64,000 nucleotides of DNA from an uncultured Rhodothermales bacterium (lineage in GTDB: Bacteria > Bacteroidota > Rhodothermia > Rhodothermales > VXPQ01): contig CAZSNF010000015.1 in NCBI GenBank assembly GCA_964608315.1, positions 11,911 to 75,910 of the forward strand, written 5' to 3'. The translations under genes were made by a program, and so were the position numbers. Under the pieces are notes generated by a model. That model saw nothing but the letters and a program-made list of their open reading frames with translations, was not told the DNA's origin and made no database searches. Position 1 is the first letter of the stretch; each line of letters starts with the position of its first letter. Below, piece after piece: positions 27,901 to 37,684 of the stretch.

Positions 27901-29486
27901 TGATCGACGTCGCGCTCTCGCCCGCGCCTACAGCGGAACTCACGCTGAAGTATACGCTGTCCGGCTCCGCCGCCCTGGGGACCGACTACGCGATCGCCGG
28001 CGCGAGCGACGGCGCCGGAACCCTGACGATCCCGAAGGACAGCACGGCTGCTTCGATCAAGGTCGCGATCACGGACGACGCGCTCGGCGAAGGAAACGAG
28101 ACCGTCGTCCTGAGCCTCGCCGACGGAACGGGCTACGCTCTCGGAACGCCCGCCCGTTTCACCCTGACCATCGCCGACGACGAACCCGCGCTCGCCATTT
28201 CGGCCTCGGCGCCCGCCGTCTCCGAGGGAACGGCCGCGACCTTCGCGGTGACCGCGAACCAGGCCGTCGCGGCGGACGTCAAGGCGAGCGTGACCGTGGC
28301 CGCCGGCGGCGATTTCGTCGCGGCCGACGACCTCGGCGCGCAAACGGTCACCATTGCGAAGGGCAAGAAAACCGCCGCGCTGTCGATTCCGACCGCGGAC
28401 GACGAGACGGACGAGCCGAACGGCTGGATCCGCGCGACCCTTGACGCCAACTCCGCCTACACGATCCCGAAGCCTCCGAACAACAGCGCGCAGTGCACCG
28501 TCAACGACAACGACAACGCGCTGCCCGTCGTCAGCATCTCCGGCGGCGCGACGGTCACCGAGGGCGGCGAGGCGTCCTTTGACCTTACCGCTTCGCCGGC
28601 CCCGACCGAAAGCCTCGCGGTCGATGTAAGCATCGATCAAAACGGCGACTTCGCCGCACAGGGGCAAACCGGGCAGAGAACGATCACCCTCGGCGTAAGC
28701 GGCACAGTCCGCTTCAACGTCGCCACGGCGGACGACAACGCCGAAGAAACAAACGGAACGATACGAGCAACCGTCCAGAACGGAACTGGTTACGTCGCGG
28801 CCGATCCGCCGGCCAACAGCGCCCTGGTCGCTGTCAACGACAACGATACCGAGACAACCACGACCGAAGTAACGCTGTCGGCGACCCCCAACCCGGTGCA
28901 AGAAGGAGAGTACGTCACTATTACCGTTTCGTTCTCGCAGCCGCTCGACAACGACATAGCCATTCCGCTCATGTTCACGCCGGAAACGGCAGAGCCTGAC
29001 GACTTCGTCATGCTCGCCTTGATCACGATCAGGGCAAACGAGACGAGCGCGCAGGGCGCCATCGCGATATTGGAAGACGACGATCCGAACGACGAAACCT
29101 TCACCGTGAGTCTGGGAACGCTTCCTGAAAATCTCGTGGCCGGAACGCCTTCGTCGACCACCCTGCTCATTACGGATAAAACAAACGTTACATCGGTCGA
29201 ACCGGTCGGAGAGGAAATCCCCGCGGCCTTCGCTTTGGAGCAAAACTATCCGAACCCATTCAATCCGTCCACAACCATCGAATTCGCGCTCGACAAGACG
29301 CAGCGCATCACGCTTTCGGCGTACGACATGCTTGGTCAAGAGGTGCGGGTACTGATGGACGGCGTACAACCGGCGGGCCGCTACCGCGTATCGTTCGACG
29401 GGAGCGGACTTGCGAGCGGTACGTATCTGTATATCCTCCGCACCGAGGAGCAAGTGGCCGTCAAAACGATGGCGCTGCTCAAGTAG
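24972..29486 (+). CDS. Giant Calx-beta repeat surface protein with a T9SS C-terminal sorting domain.
   Basis: Repeated ~110-aa modules (e.g. LKYTLSGSAALGTDYAI...ITDDALGEGNETVVLSL). The C-terminus NYPNPFNPSTTIEFAL...GTYLYILRTEEQVAVKTMALLK is Por_Secre_tail-like. The signal peptide (LQLTVLLLFASAAPARGQ) suggests the real start is GTG 25167; 24972-25166 looks non-coding. Confidence 0.85.
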   Translation: MGWHNGELSFSLVRKVKFVWMCSKEGDHIFPSEHRRGAPDRRKPGGGTAPLTYSPIDRPVSWARGVSAKLCKRGYSIGTRLSRPFLQLTVLLLFASAAPARGQDQNVITVEPGPDAVEGGGVSFNIKRAYAHALGVSGIKYSWSQEGYWVVWGGSTTGISGGLSQQTITLTGIPGDNIDKPNGSVTLKVNTGAGYVVGSPWTATVPVADDDPTPVTLSAVAGDIEEGGSKTLTVSLGRALVAGEQLTVALTFGGQASFGADYSLSAPDPAPAGVSYTNLSSDDLTDDPPSIVFTGGANAAAAATLILESSRDRVMESSETVSVGLGTLTAGEGLGGGASAVAGGASFSIDDATKILVGIAAAADPVTEGTNAAFTLTADIAPTADVTVEVALTLVGGSYLKDEATSKNVVIKKGATTAGFALETVGDTVDEAPGSVTAAIQNDPAYIVGPNDAASVNIQDDDPTSVTLEVTDAEAIELTTRQSAAIRVRIGRRLRFDEKLSVPLLFSGSTPRANLTLELVRSASTVTAPSFNPTTDILTFNPGFGRKTGAAVADIRVSVTHPDGNAVDDTIIADIPRSSTGTPSLGAAKLQGGALGTRSGDGEIDVLDLEARRTFRISGGSAVDEGGTASFTVHADRKTARSTIVFVDVTQEGDFAAASSLGRKQVRVLQLATSGTLNVPTVGDDKNEAHGKIVATISANNAYVVAAKPDDSAAVTVNDDDDPPATPPVAKFAAASATAAETAGSTMIDVALSPAPTAELTLKYTLSGSAALGTDYAIAGASDGAGTLTIPKDSTAASIKVAITDDALGEGNETVVLSLADGTGYALGTPARFTLTIADDEPALAISASAPAVSEGTAATFAVTANQAVAADVKASVTVAAGGDFVAADDLGAQTVTIAKGKKTAALSIPTADDETDEPNGWIRATLDANSAYTIPKPPNNSAQVAVNDDDDPPVDTPVAKFAAASATAAETAGSTMIDVALSPAPTAELTLKYTLSGSAALGTDYAIAGASDGAGTLTIPKDSTAASIKVAITDDALGEGNETVVLSLADGTGYALGTPARFTLTIADDEPALAISASAPAVSEGTAATFAVTANQAVAADVKASVTVAAGGDFVAADDLGAQTVTIAKGKKTAALSIPTADDETDEPNGWIRATLDANSAYTIPKPPNNSAQCTVNDNDNALPVVSISGGATVTEGGEASFDLTASPAPTESLAVDVSIDQNGDFAAQGQTGQRTITLGVSGTVRFNVATADDNAEETNGTIRATVQNGTGYVAADPPANSALVAVNDNDTETTTTEVTLSATPNPVQEGEYVTITVSFSQPLDNDIAIPLMFTPETAEPDDFVMLALITIRANETSAQGAIAILEDDDPNDETFTVSLGTLPENLVAGTPSSTTLLITDKTNVTSVEPVGEEIPAAFALEQNYPNPFNPSTTIEFALDKTQRITLSAYDMLGQEVRVLMDGVQPAGRYRVSFDGSGLASGTYLYILRTEEQVAVKTMALLK
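27121..28500 (+). repeat. Tandem duplication (2 x 690 bp) inside the Calx-beta gene.
   Basis: 27151-27803 matches 27841-28493 base for base when read side by side. Track ORFs 27443..27760 and 28133..28450 have identical translations. Confidence 0.9.
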
Positions 29487-29557
29487 CGATTCGGGATGTG
29501 GCGCGCATTCGAGCGAAACATTGGGCCCGGGATACGCCTTCTCAAAGCCGCCGCATA

Positions 29558-30211
29558 TCAGGCGCTTGCCTTGTCGGCTTCAGACTCCGCTTCAGATGAG
29601 TCGGACGATGGATCGGCAGAGGCTTCCGGATCGGACGGCCTGGCCTCGCTATCGCTCGCCGCTTCAACCGAAACCGGCTCCTCCGCAAGCGCATCGGTCG
29701 CCTCTTCCTCATCCCCGGAAACATCCGCCGGCCTAACGGCCTCGCCCGCCTCCTGCTGTTTGTCCGGCCCCACCGATACGCCGCCGCTGCGCCGTCGCCC
29801 GCGCCGCGTACGCCTGCTTTTTTGAGGTCCGCCGCTCACCGCAGCGTCCGCCTCGTTGTAATCCACCAGTTCGACGACAGCCATAGGCGCAGCATCCCCT
29901 GCGCGGCGGCCAATTCGGACCACCCGCGTATATCCGCCCGGGCGGTCGCCGATTTTTTCAGCCACGTCGGTGAACAATGTCGTGACAGATTGCTTGTCCC
30001 GCAAACGCCGAAACGCCTGCCGCCGGTTATGCTGCGAATCCTCCCTGGCGCGGGTAAGAACAGGCTCGATAAACGTTCGCAGCGCCTTGGCCCGGGATAC
30101 CGTGGTCGTAACGCGCTTGTGCGTAATCAAGGCATTGCCCAGCGCAATGAGCGTGGCCTTTCGATGGGATGCGTTGCGCCCCAGTTTATGTCGCTTTTTC
30201 TGGTGTCTCAT
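29558..30211 (-). CDS. rplQ: 50S ribosomal protein L17 with an acidic low-complexity C-terminal extension.
   Basis: MRHQKKRHKLGRNASHRKATL...GGYTRVVRIGRRAGDAAPMAVVELV, followed by a ~95-aa E/D/S/A-rich tail. Confidence 0.9.
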   Translation of the reverse strand: MRHQKKRHKLGRNASHRKATLIALGNALITHKRVTTTVSRAKALRTFIEPVLTRAREDSQHNRRQAFRRLRDKQSVTTLFTDVAEKIGDRPGGYTRVVRIGRRAGDAAPMAVVELVDYNEADAAVSGGPQKSRRTRRGRRRSGGVSVGPDKQQEAGEAVRPADVSGDEEEATDALAEEPVSVEAASDSEARPSDPEASADPSSDSSEAESEADKASA

Positions 30212-30255
30212 AATACAGGCAGGTCATAACAGGCCATAATCAGGCGATACGCCGG

Positions 30256-31239
30256 TCAAGCCTTTTCCTCTTGCTTGGCCTCGATCATCCCGAAATGCAA
30301 ACCCCGATCATTCAGCACATGAACGAGTTCCTGCAACGATTTGCGACCAAAATTCCGGAATTTCAACATCTCTGACTCCTCGCGGCGCACCAGATCGCCA
30401 ATACTCGTGATATTGGCCGCTTTCAGGCAATTCTGCGCACGGACCGACAGGTCCAGATCCTCCACGGACTGTACGAGCAATTCCCGAATGCGCTGCGTTT
30501 CCGTATCAATGACTTCCGGCTTTTCGACGGGAATCACGGGTACGACATCCATCGCAATAAACAGGTTTACGTGGTTCCGCAAAACGGTCGCAGCCTGCAT
30601 CAGGGCGTCCTCTGCGGAAATGGAACCGTCCGTATCGACGTCTATCGCAAGGCGCTCATAGTCGATCTTCTGTCCGACGCGCGTCGGCTTGACCGAATAT
30701 CTCACATTCCGGATGGGGGTGAAAATCGCATCCATGGCGATCACGCCGATCGGATCGTCGGCGCGCTTGTTCTCGTCGGCAGGCACATACCCCCTGCCGC
30801 GCTCAATACGCAATTCAATGCTCAGGGAAACGCTGTCGTCAAGGGTAGCGATATGACGATCCGGATTTAGCACTTCGTAGTCGCTCGTGGCGGCGCCAAT
30901 ATCTCCAGCAGTAAACGCGCCCGGCCCCTTGACCAGGAGATGAATGTTGCCTTCTTCCGTTTCTTCGGTTGCGCGAAAACGCACCTCCTTGAGATTCAGG
31001 ATAATATCGGCGACGTCTTCGGTTACGCCCTCTATCGTCGAGAACTCATGCTGTACGCCGTCAATGCGCACGCCGGTGATGGCGAAACCTCCAAGCGACG
31101 ACAAAAGCACCCGCCGCAGCGCATTCCCGATCGTTACGCCGTATCCGCGCTCAAGAGGCTGTAACGAAAATTTCCCGGAAAATTCCGATGCATTGTCAAT
31201 CTGAATGCCCTCCGGCATGTGAATCGCATGATGGCTCAT
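30256..31239 (-). CDS. rpoA: DNA-directed RNA polymerase alpha subunit.
   Basis: Starts MSHHAIHMPEGIQ (ATG verified at 31239). GNALRRVLLSS in the N-terminal domain; the C-terminal domain has LDLSVRAQNCLKAANI. The track start at 31548 overlaps rpsD. Confidence 0.93.
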   Translation of the reverse strand: MSHHAIHMPEGIQIDNASEFSGKFSLQPLERGYGVTIGNALRRVLLSSLGGFAITGVRIDGVQHEFSTIEGVTEDVADIILNLKEVRFRATEETEEGNIHLLVKGPGAFTAGDIGAATSDYEVLNPDRHIATLDDSVSLSIELRIERGRGYVPADENKRADDPIGVIAMDAIFTPIRNVRYSVKPTRVGQKIDYERLAIDVDTDGSISAEDALMQAATVLRNHVNLFIAMDVVPVIPVEKPEVIDTETQRIRELLVQSVEDLDLSVRAQNCLKAANITSIGDLVRREESEMLKFRNFGRKSLQELVHVLNDRGLHFGMIEAKQEEKA

Positions 31240-31318
31240 GTTTCTCAATCGGTCAAAGTCTTGCGAAAGGGGAAGGGTGGACGCTGCAACAGGCCGGTTG
31301 GCCAGCATCGTCCAGCAA

Positions 31319-31921
31319 CTACTTCGAGTACAACTCGACGATAAGCTGCTCGCGAATATTTTCCGGAATGTCTTCCCGGGCAGGCATGTCCAGCATCTTG
31401 CCCCGGAGATTGCCGCGGTCCACGTCAAGCCAGGCGAACGTCCGGCGACTCTGCAAAGCCGATTCCACGATCGGCCGCAGAGAGCGGCTTCGCGGTCGAA
31501 CCGCAACGATATCTCCCGGGCGCAACTGCGCCGAGGGAATATCGACAACCCGGTCGTTCACCATGATATGTCCGTGGTTCACCAATTGGCGGGCTTGCCG
31601 CCTCGTACGCGCAAAACCAAGGCGAAACACCGTATTGTCCAGCCTGGCTTCCAGAAATTTCAGCAGGTTTTCGCCCGTGACCCCTTTTTTGCGGGAAGCC
31701 TTCTCGAACAGGTTGCGGAACTGGCGTTCCTGAAGGCCATACGTATAGCGCGCTTTTTGTTTTTCCTTGAGCTGCACAGCGTACTCGCTATCCCTGGACC
31801 GACGATTCTGTCCGTGCTGGCCAGGCGGATACGCCTTGCGCTCAAGCGCCTTGCTCGGACCAAAAACAGGTTCCTTGAAGCGCCGGGCGATTTTCTGTTT
31901 GGGGCCTCTGTATCGAGCCAT
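31319..31921 (-). CDS. rpsD: 30S ribosomal protein S4.
   Basis: MARYRGPKQKIARRF...YAVQLKEKQKARYTYG. Confidence 0.95.
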   Translation of the reverse strand: MARYRGPKQKIARRFKEPVFGPSKALERKAYPPGQHGQNRRSRDSEYAVQLKEKQKARYTYGLQERQFRNLFEKASRKKGVTGENLLKFLEARLDNTVFRLGFARTRRQARQLVNHGHIMVNDRVVDIPSAQLRPGDIVAVRPRSRSLRPIVESALQSRRTFAWLDVDRGNLRGKMLDMPAREDIPENIREQLIVELYSK

Positions 31922-31975
31922 GTATCGCTATTGGGTATGCTGGCTTGCTGCTATCGTTCTGTTCGAACGGCGTCC

Positions 31976-32386
31976 TTATACGCGGCGGCGTTTCGGGGAA
32001 CGGCAGCCATTGTGAGGAATGGGCGTTACGTCCCGGATGGAAGAAATGTCGAGCCCGGCCCCGGCAAGCGCCCGAATGGCCGACTCGCGGCCCGATCCGG
32101 GTCCTTTCACATATACGTCCACGCGCCGCAAACCGAGGCCATGCGCCTCTTCCGCCGCGGTCGTAGCCGCCACCTGGGCCGCATACGGCGTGTTCTTGCG
32201 GCTGCCCCTGAAACCCATTTTCCCGGAACTGGCCCACGATATAACGTTTCCGTACTGGTCCGTCAGCGTCACGATCACGTTATTGAACGTAGCCTTGATG
32301 TGCGCCTGCCCATTGGCTTCGACAATGACGTTGCGTTTGCGCGAGGAACGTCCGGAACGTCCCGATTTTTGTTGATTTTTCGCCAT
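31976..32386 (-). CDS. rpsK: 30S ribosomal protein S11.
   Basis: [32 protein letters not shown]. Confidence 0.95.
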   Translation of the reverse strand: MAKNQQKSGRSGRSSRKRNVIVEANGQAHIKATFNNVIVTLTDQYGNVISWASSGKMGFRGSRKNTPYAAQVAATTAAEEAHGLGLRRVDVYVKGPGSGRESAIRALAGAGLDISSIRDVTPIPHNGCRSPKRRRV

Positions 32387-32437
32387 ATTAACGTTACAGA
32401 AGCAAAGACTGACAGTCTGAGGGAGCGAGGCGGGCGA

Positions 32438-32818
32438 TTATTTCCGCGGAGCCTTCTTCTTGCCGGCCACGGTTTTCCGGCGACCCTTGCGCGTACGGGC
32501 GTTCGTGCGCGTGCGTTGTCCGCGCACAGGCAATCCCCGACGATGCCGAAGCCCGCGGTAACACCCGATGTCCATCAATCGCTTGATGCTCATCTGTACT
32601 TCCGAACGCAACTGTCCCTCTACAAGATACTCGTCTTCAATAAGGCGGCGTACGCTTCGGGTCTGCTCCTCTGTCCAGTCGTTCGGGTGCGCATCGTACT
32701 TGACGCCGATGCGATCAAGGATTTCGCGAGCGCGAGAACGCCCGATCCCGAAAATCGAGGACAAAGCGATTTCTCCGCGTTTATGCGGAGGTACGTCCAC
32801 TCCGGCTATTCGAGGCAT
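32438..32818 (-). CDS. rpsM: 30S ribosomal protein S13.
   Basis: [14 protein letters not shown]...[24 protein letters not shown]. Confidence 0.95.
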   Translation of the reverse strand: MPRIAGVDVPPHKRGEIALSSIFGIGRSRAREILDRIGVKYDAHPNDWTEEQTRSVRRLIEDEYLVEGQLRSEVQMSIKRLMDIGCYRGLRHRRGLPVRGQRTRTNARTRKGRRKTVAGKKKAPRK

Positions 32819-32878
32819 AAGGTTTCATGTCTTTTCGGCGGCGCCCGTTCGAAAACGCAACGCCCGCGACGAAGGGCG

Positions 32879-32995
32879 TCAACCCTGTCGTTGCTTGTGC
32901 TTCGGGTTCTTCTTGTTAATGACGTAAATACGGCCCTTGCGACGAACGATCTTGTCGTCGGAACTCCGCTTTTTGACGCTGGCGCGAACTTTCAT
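32879..32995 (-). CDS. rpmJ: 50S ribosomal protein L36.
   Basis: Not in the track (38 aa). My manual translation is [38 protein letters not shown]. Confidence 0.9.
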   Translation of the reverse strand: MKVRASVKKRSSDDKIVRRKGRIYVINKKNPKHKQRQG

Positions 32996-33038
32996 GGGTC
33001 TGTTCGGCTCGTTCACGAAAAAATACAAGGCATAGCTG

Positions 33039-33884
33039 TTACATAACGCCTATACCTTGCTCAGGTTCATAAATTTTGTATGCAGGCAACGAATCGAGCG
33101 CCGCCCCGGGCACGGCTTCTATGTACGCAAAGGTGCTCAGCACTTCTGCCTGGCCGGACTGCACGGCCACCATATGCTCGTAATGCGCGGCGGCTTTCCC
33201 GTCCGCGGTGCGAACCGCCCAGCCGTCCGCGTCCACTGCGGTCCGGGCGGTCCCGAGGGTAATCATGGGTTCGATGCATAACGTCATGCCGCGTATCAGG
33301 CGGGAGCCGGTTCCCGGCCCGCCGACATTGGGAACATTGGGTTTTTCGTGCAATTTCTTGCCGATCCCGTGGCCCACGAGTTCCTGAACGACGCCATAGC
33401 CCCTGCTTTCGCAATGCTGCTGGACGGCAAACGAAATATCCCCGATGCGCCGCCCCGCGACGGCTTGCTCAATGCCCTGATGCAAGGCTCCGTACGTCGC
33501 TTCGCATAAAGCGCGCTTCTCTGCGGATATTTCGCCGACGGGAAAGGTGTAGGCGCTGTCGCCGTAATACCCGTTGAATCGTACGCCGCAATCCACCGAC
33601 AGCAAATCGCCTTCCCGGAGCGGTGCGTCGTTCGGAACGCCATGCACCACCGTGTCGTTTACGGAAGCGCACAGCGTACCGGGAAAAATCAGATTGCCCA
33701 CGCGATAGCCCTTGAACGCCGGTTCGGCGCCGCGCTCGCGGATGAACGCCTCTGCGATGCGGTCCAGCTGGCGCGTCGTAACGCCCGGCTCAATGTACCG
33801 CGCGACCTGTCCAAGCGTCTGCCCGACAAGGTCCGCGCTTTCCCTGAGGCGGTCTATTTTGTATGCGCTTTTCGACAAAGGCAT
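33039..33884 (-). CDS. map: Type I methionine aminopeptidase.
   Basis: 281 aa: [42 protein letters not shown]. Confidence 0.92.
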   Translation of the reverse strand: MPLSKSAYKIDRLRESADLVGQTLGQVARYIEPGVTTRQLDRIAEAFIRERGAEPAFKGYRVGNLIFPGTLCASVNDTVVHGVPNDAPLREGDLLSVDCGVRFNGYYGDSAYTFPVGEISAEKRALCEATYGALHQGIEQAVAGRRIGDISFAVQQHCESRGYGVVQELVGHGIGKKLHEKPNVPNVGGPGTGSRLIRGMTLCIEPMITLGTARTAVDADGWAVRTADGKAAAHYEHMVAVQSGQAEVLSTFAYIEAVPGAALDSLPAYKIYEPEQGIGVM

Positions 33885-33887
33885 GCG

Positions 33888-33904
33888 CTGAATCAGAGTA
33901 TCCC
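33888..33904. repeat. Solo terminal-repeat motif of the repeat family, between secY and map.
   Basis: CTGAATCAGAGTATCCC. On the gene strand it reads GGGATACTCTGATTCAGCGC followed by the map ATG. Confidence 0.6.
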
Positions 33905-33935
33905 GAAAGCAAGGGGCCGGCGAACGGCTGCGCCA

Positions 33936-35252
33936 TTACATATACCGGCCTCGCACGCGCCCGCTTTTCATGAAGCCATCGTAATGGCGCATGAGCAAAT
34001 GGCTTTCGATCTGCTGAAGCGTATCCAGCGTCACCTGAACAAGAATCAGCAAGCTCGTTCCCCCGAAAAATGCGGCGAAACCGGGCGAAACGCCTGCCTG
34101 CATGGCGAAGGCGGGAAGAATCGCCACGAGCCCGAGGAAAATCGACCCGGGGAGGGTAATTTTCGTCAGAATGTTGTCGATGAATTCGCTGGTGTGCTTG
34201 CCCGGCCGGATCCCGGGAATAAATCCGCCCTGCCGCTTCATGGTGTCGGCCATTTCTCGCGGATTCACTGCAATAGCGGTGTAGAAATACGTAAAGAATA
34301 CGCAGATCACAAAAAACACGGTCGAATATCCCCAGCCGGAAATGTCCGAGAACCAGCGTCCGAATTCGACCATGAAAGCGCTGTCGGGGAAGAACGAAGC
34401 CACCGTCGCCGGAACGAACATGATGGACTGCGCAAAGATAATGGGCATGACGCCCGCCGCATTGACGCGAAGCGGAAGATACTGGGTCGCGCCGCCGTAC
34501 ACTTTGCGCCCCACCACGCGCTTCGCATACTGCACCGGGATGCGCCGCGTGCCTTGCGAAACCAGCACGACGCCCAGCGTCACCAGCGCCCATATCCCGA
34601 TCTCCATCAGGAAAATGAAGAGGTTGCCCACCAGCGTGAACTCATTGAATAGCGCATTGGGCAAAAAGGCGATGATCCCGATCATAATGACGATGGAAAT
34701 GCCGTTCCCGATGCCATTTTCCGTAATGCGCTCGCCAAGCCACATCACGAAGATGGTGCCTGCGGTCAACACGATCACCGTCGTGATCATGAAAAACGTG
34801 GAGTTAATGACAATGGCCTGCCCGGTGGCGCCGTATTGCAGGTTGATCGCATACCCAATGGACTGAAACGCGGTAATGCCTACGGTGCCGTACCGGGTCA
34901 GCTGGGTGATCTTGCGACGGCCCTCTTCGCCTTCGCGCTGAAGCTTCTGGAAATACGGAACTACTGCGCCCAGCAGCTGGATGATAATGGAGGCGGTAAT
35001 GTACGGCATGATGCCAAGCGCGAAAATACCGGCCTGGCTGAAAGCGCCTCCCACGAACATGTCCAGAAAACCGAAAATGTCATTCGGGTTGCCTTGCGCA
35101 TTGACGTCCGCCAGAATAGCGGCGTCCACCCCGGGAAGCGTCACGTAGGCCCCCAGTCGATACACGAGAAGCAGCCCGACCGTGTACAGAATCCGTCGGC
35201 GGAGCTCCTCTATCTTCCAGATGTTGCGTACGTTCTCGGCGATGCTTGCCAT
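33936..35252 (-). CDS. secY: Preprotein translocase subunit SecY.
   Basis: 438 aa, 10-TM pattern, with GIMPYITASII and GGFIPGIRPG. Confidence 0.95.
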   Translation of the reverse strand: MASIAENVRNIWKIEELRRRILYTVGLLLVYRLGAYVTLPGVDAAILADVNAQGNPNDIFGFLDMFVGGAFSQAGIFALGIMPYITASIIIQLLGAVVPYFQKLQREGEEGRRKITQLTRYGTVGITAFQSIGYAINLQYGATGQAIVINSTFFMITTVIVLTAGTIFVMWLGERITENGIGNGISIVIMIGIIAFLPNALFNEFTLVGNLFIFLMEIGIWALVTLGVVLVSQGTRRIPVQYAKRVVGRKVYGGATQYLPLRVNAAGVMPIIFAQSIMFVPATVASFFPDSAFMVEFGRWFSDISGWGYSTVFFVICVFFTYFYTAIAVNPREMADTMKRQGGFIPGIRPGKHTSEFIDNILTKITLPGSIFLGLVAILPAFAMQAGVSPGFAAFFGGTSLLILVQVTLDTLQQIESHLLMRHYDGFMKSGRVRGRYM

Positions 35253-35291
35253 AATGAAATACCGGGTAAAAAGTCGTTTCCGATCCGTACG

Positions 35292-35753
35292 TTAGCCAAG
35301 CACGGCGGCCTTGCCCCCGGCCGCTTCGATTTTTTGCTTCGCCGCGGCGCTGAACGCATGCGCGGTAACCGAAAGGTTTTCAGGGGCTTCGCCGTCGCCG
35401 AGAATTTTAATCCGGTCGGCCTTGCGCGCTACGCCAGCGGCCACAAGCACTTCGGGCGTGACTTCTGCCGCGCCATCGATGCGCCCTTCCTCCACGAGGC
35501 GGGCAATCCAGGACAGGTTGACCGGGCGGTACTCGACGCGAAACCGGTTCCGGAACCCGAATTTGGGTACGCGCCGCTGGAGCGGCATCTGGCCTCCCTC
35601 GAACCAGGCGGGAATGCGGGCGCCTGCGCGGCTTTTCTGCCCCTTCGTTCCCTTCGTGGAACTGTGGCCGCCCTTGCCCGATCCTGTGCCGCGGGCGATG
35701 CGCTTCCTCTTTCGGGTAGCGCCCTTGACCGGTTTCAGATTACTGAGGTCCAT
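35292..35753 (-). CDS. rplO: 50S ribosomal protein L15.
   Basis: MDLSNLKPVKGATRKRKRIARGTGSGKGGHS. Confidence 0.93.
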   Translation of the reverse strand: MDLSNLKPVKGATRKRKRIARGTGSGKGGHSSTKGTKGQKSRAGARIPAWFEGGQMPLQRRVPKFGFRNRFRVEYRPVNLSWIARLVEEGRIDGAAEVTPEVLVAAGVARKADRIKILGDGEAPENLSVTAHAFSAAAKQKIEAAGGKAAVLG

Positions 35754-35824
35754 AATGCATTTCGACGGAATGTCCCTCCCCGGCCAACGCGCCAGGGAAA
35801 GCAGAATGCCTGAGATTCGACGGA

Positions 35825-36019
35825 TCAGGCTTCGGTAACGGTAACAAGATGTCGAACCTTGTCGATCATCCCGCGCAGTTGCGGAGAGTCCTTGTGTTCG
35901 ACGCGCTGGCGCATCCGCCGGACGCCAAGCGCTTCAAGGGTGCGCACGATGCGCTTCGGCGAACCGATTGCGGATTTTGTCTGGGTTACGATAAGTTTGC
36001 TTGCCATATCCTTGTCCAT
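35825..36019 (-). CDS. rpmD: 50S ribosomal protein L30.
   Basis: KLIVTQTKSAIGSPKRIVRTLEALGVRRM. The start may be the internal M at 36007. Confidence 0.88.
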   Translation of the reverse strand: MDKDMASKLIVTQTKSAIGSPKRIVRTLEALGVRRMRQRVEHKDSPQLRGMIDKVRHLVTVTEA

Positions 36020-36054
36020 CTGTTCGGGGCCTCGCGGCGCAAATCCGGCGCCGT

Positions 36055-36579
36055 TTATCCCTCGAACACTCTTTTGAGCGAAATACCGCGGCGTTTGGCT
36101 ACTTCCATCGGGTCCTCAATCTGTTCCAGCGCCTGCATGGTGGCGGAAACCTGATTATGCGGATTGCTGGAGCCCAGCGACTTGGAGAGAATGTCCCGGA
36201 CGCCGGCGCATTCCAGCACAGCCCGTACGCCGCCCCCGGCGATCACGCCGGTTCCCGGCGTGGCGGGTTTCAGCAACACCTTTCCGGCGTCCTGCCGCCC
36301 CACAACGGGGTGGGGAATCGTGTTGTCCTTGAGCCGAACGCGAACAAGGTTCTTCTTCGCATCTTCCGTGCCCTTTGCAATTGCGTCGGAAACCTCGTTC
36401 GCCTTGCCAAGGCCGGCCCCCACCGTTCCCTTCCCGTCGCCTACCACCACGACGGCGTTGAACGAAAAACGGCGCCCCCCCTTGACGACCTTCGCCACGC
36501 GGGAAACGGATACAAGCCGTTCCTGCCAATCCTGGCCCTCCGCCGCTTCGCGGCGACGTTGCTCCTTTCGTGCTGCCAT
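36055..36579 (-). CDS. rpsE: 30S ribosomal protein S5.
   Basis: [34 protein letters not shown]. Confidence 0.95.
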   Translation of the reverse strand: MAARKEQRRREAAEGQDWQERLVSVSRVAKVVKGGRRFSFNAVVVVGDGKGTVGAGLGKANEVSDAIAKGTEDAKKNLVRVRLKDNTIPHPVVGRQDAGKVLLKPATPGTGVIAGGGVRAVLECAGVRDILSKSLGSSNPHNQVSATMQALEQIEDPMEVAKRRGISLKRVFEG

Positions 36580-36623
36580 ATAAAACCTGAATGAGTGTAG
36601 CGTAGTGTTTCGTAAGAAACTAT

Positions 36624-36659
36624 AGATACTCTGATTAAGTCCGCTTCATCAGAATATCC
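36624..36659. repeat. Mini-palindromic repeat-family unit between rplR and rpsE.
   Basis: AGATACTCTGATTAAGTCCGCTTCATCAGAATATCC has the two terminal repeats back to back with the GTCCGC linker seen in copy 43285-43537. It abuts the rplR stop codon. Confidence 0.65.
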
Positions 36660-37012
36660 TACAGTTGCAATCCCCCTTCGCGCGCGCCGTCCGCCAAAGC
36701 GCGGACGCGCCCGTGATAGCGATAACCGTTCCGGTCGAACACAACCTGTTCAATGCCCTGGTCGCGCGCCCGCCGGGCGATATTCGCGCCAACCGCCTTG
36801 CTGACCTCAATGGGCGTATCCCCGCCCACGCCGGACTCCTTGCTCGAAGCCGCCGCCAGCGTAACGCCCGCGCGGTCGTCGATCAGTTGCGCATAGATGT
36901 ACTTGTTCGAACGAAACACGGAAAGGCGCGGGCGCCGTGCGGTGCCAGCCACCTTCGCGCGCATGCCGCGCTTTACGCGACGTTTCCGTTCCTGTTTTTT
37001 GTGCGAGGCCAT
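36659..37012 (-). CDS. rplR: 50S ribosomal protein L18.
   Basis: Starts [21 protein letters not shown]...[19 protein letters not shown] (ATG verified at 37012). Confidence 0.92.
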   Translation of the reverse strand: MASHKKQERKRRVKRGMRAKVAGTARRPRLSVFRSNKYIYAQLIDDRAGVTLAAASSKESGVGGDTPIEVSKAVGANIARRARDQGIEQVVFDRNGYRYHGRVRALADGAREGGLQL

Positions 37013-37061
37013 AATTCCTGTCCGATGCGCAAACGATGCTGATCCTTGAAAAGGAGGAGTA

Positions 37062-37616
37062 TTACCGGGCGGCGGTCTTGCCGGCCTTGCGGCGAACGTA
37101 TTCGCCCACGTAGCGAATGCCTTTGCCCTTGTACGGCTCGGGGGGACGGAGCGCCCGGATCTTTGCGGCGACCTGCCCGACAATTTGCTTGTCGATCCCT
37201 TCGATCGTAATCACTGTGTTTTTGCCCCGCGCCGCCTCGACGGTCACGGAAACCGTGGTCGGCGGCACAAAATAAATCGGATGCGAAAAGCCCAGCGCCA
37301 GTTCAAGGACGCCGTTGTTCACCGCAGCCCGGTACCCGACGCCAATCACCTCCAGTTGTTTGCGATACCCTTTGGCGACCCCTTCCACGGCATTGCTGAT
37401 GAGCGAGGCGTACAACCCGTGCATCGCCGCGTGACGCTTTTGCTCCCCGGAGCGTCGGACCGAAATTACGCCCTCCTCGTGCGTAACCAGAATTTCAGGG
37501 GCAACCTGCACGGACAATTCTCCTTTGGGGCCCTTGACCGTCACGAGATTGTGCTCCGAGACGTCCACGGATACGCCGTCGCCGACTTCAACAGGTCTGT
37601 TGCCTATGCGAGACAT
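37062..37616 (-). CDS. rplF: 50S ribosomal protein L6.
   Basis: Starts [11 protein letters not shown] (ATG verified at 37616), with KGPKGELS and YKGKGIRY. Confidence 0.93.
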   Translation of the reverse strand: MSRIGNRPVEVGDGVSVDVSEHNLVTVKGPKGELSVQVAPEILVTHEEGVISVRRSGEQKRHAAMHGLYASLISNAVEGVAKGYRKQLEVIGVGYRAAVNNGVLELALGFSHPIYFVPPTTVSVTVEAARGKNTVITIEGIDKQIVGQVAAKIRALRPPEPYKGKGIRYVGEYVRRKAGKTAAR

Positions 37617-37684
37617 GTGTCTTCTCTGTAAGGGTTCAGGGATAGCGCGGGGTCCCTGCAACGCGCAGGGAATGGTTTCGAGAA

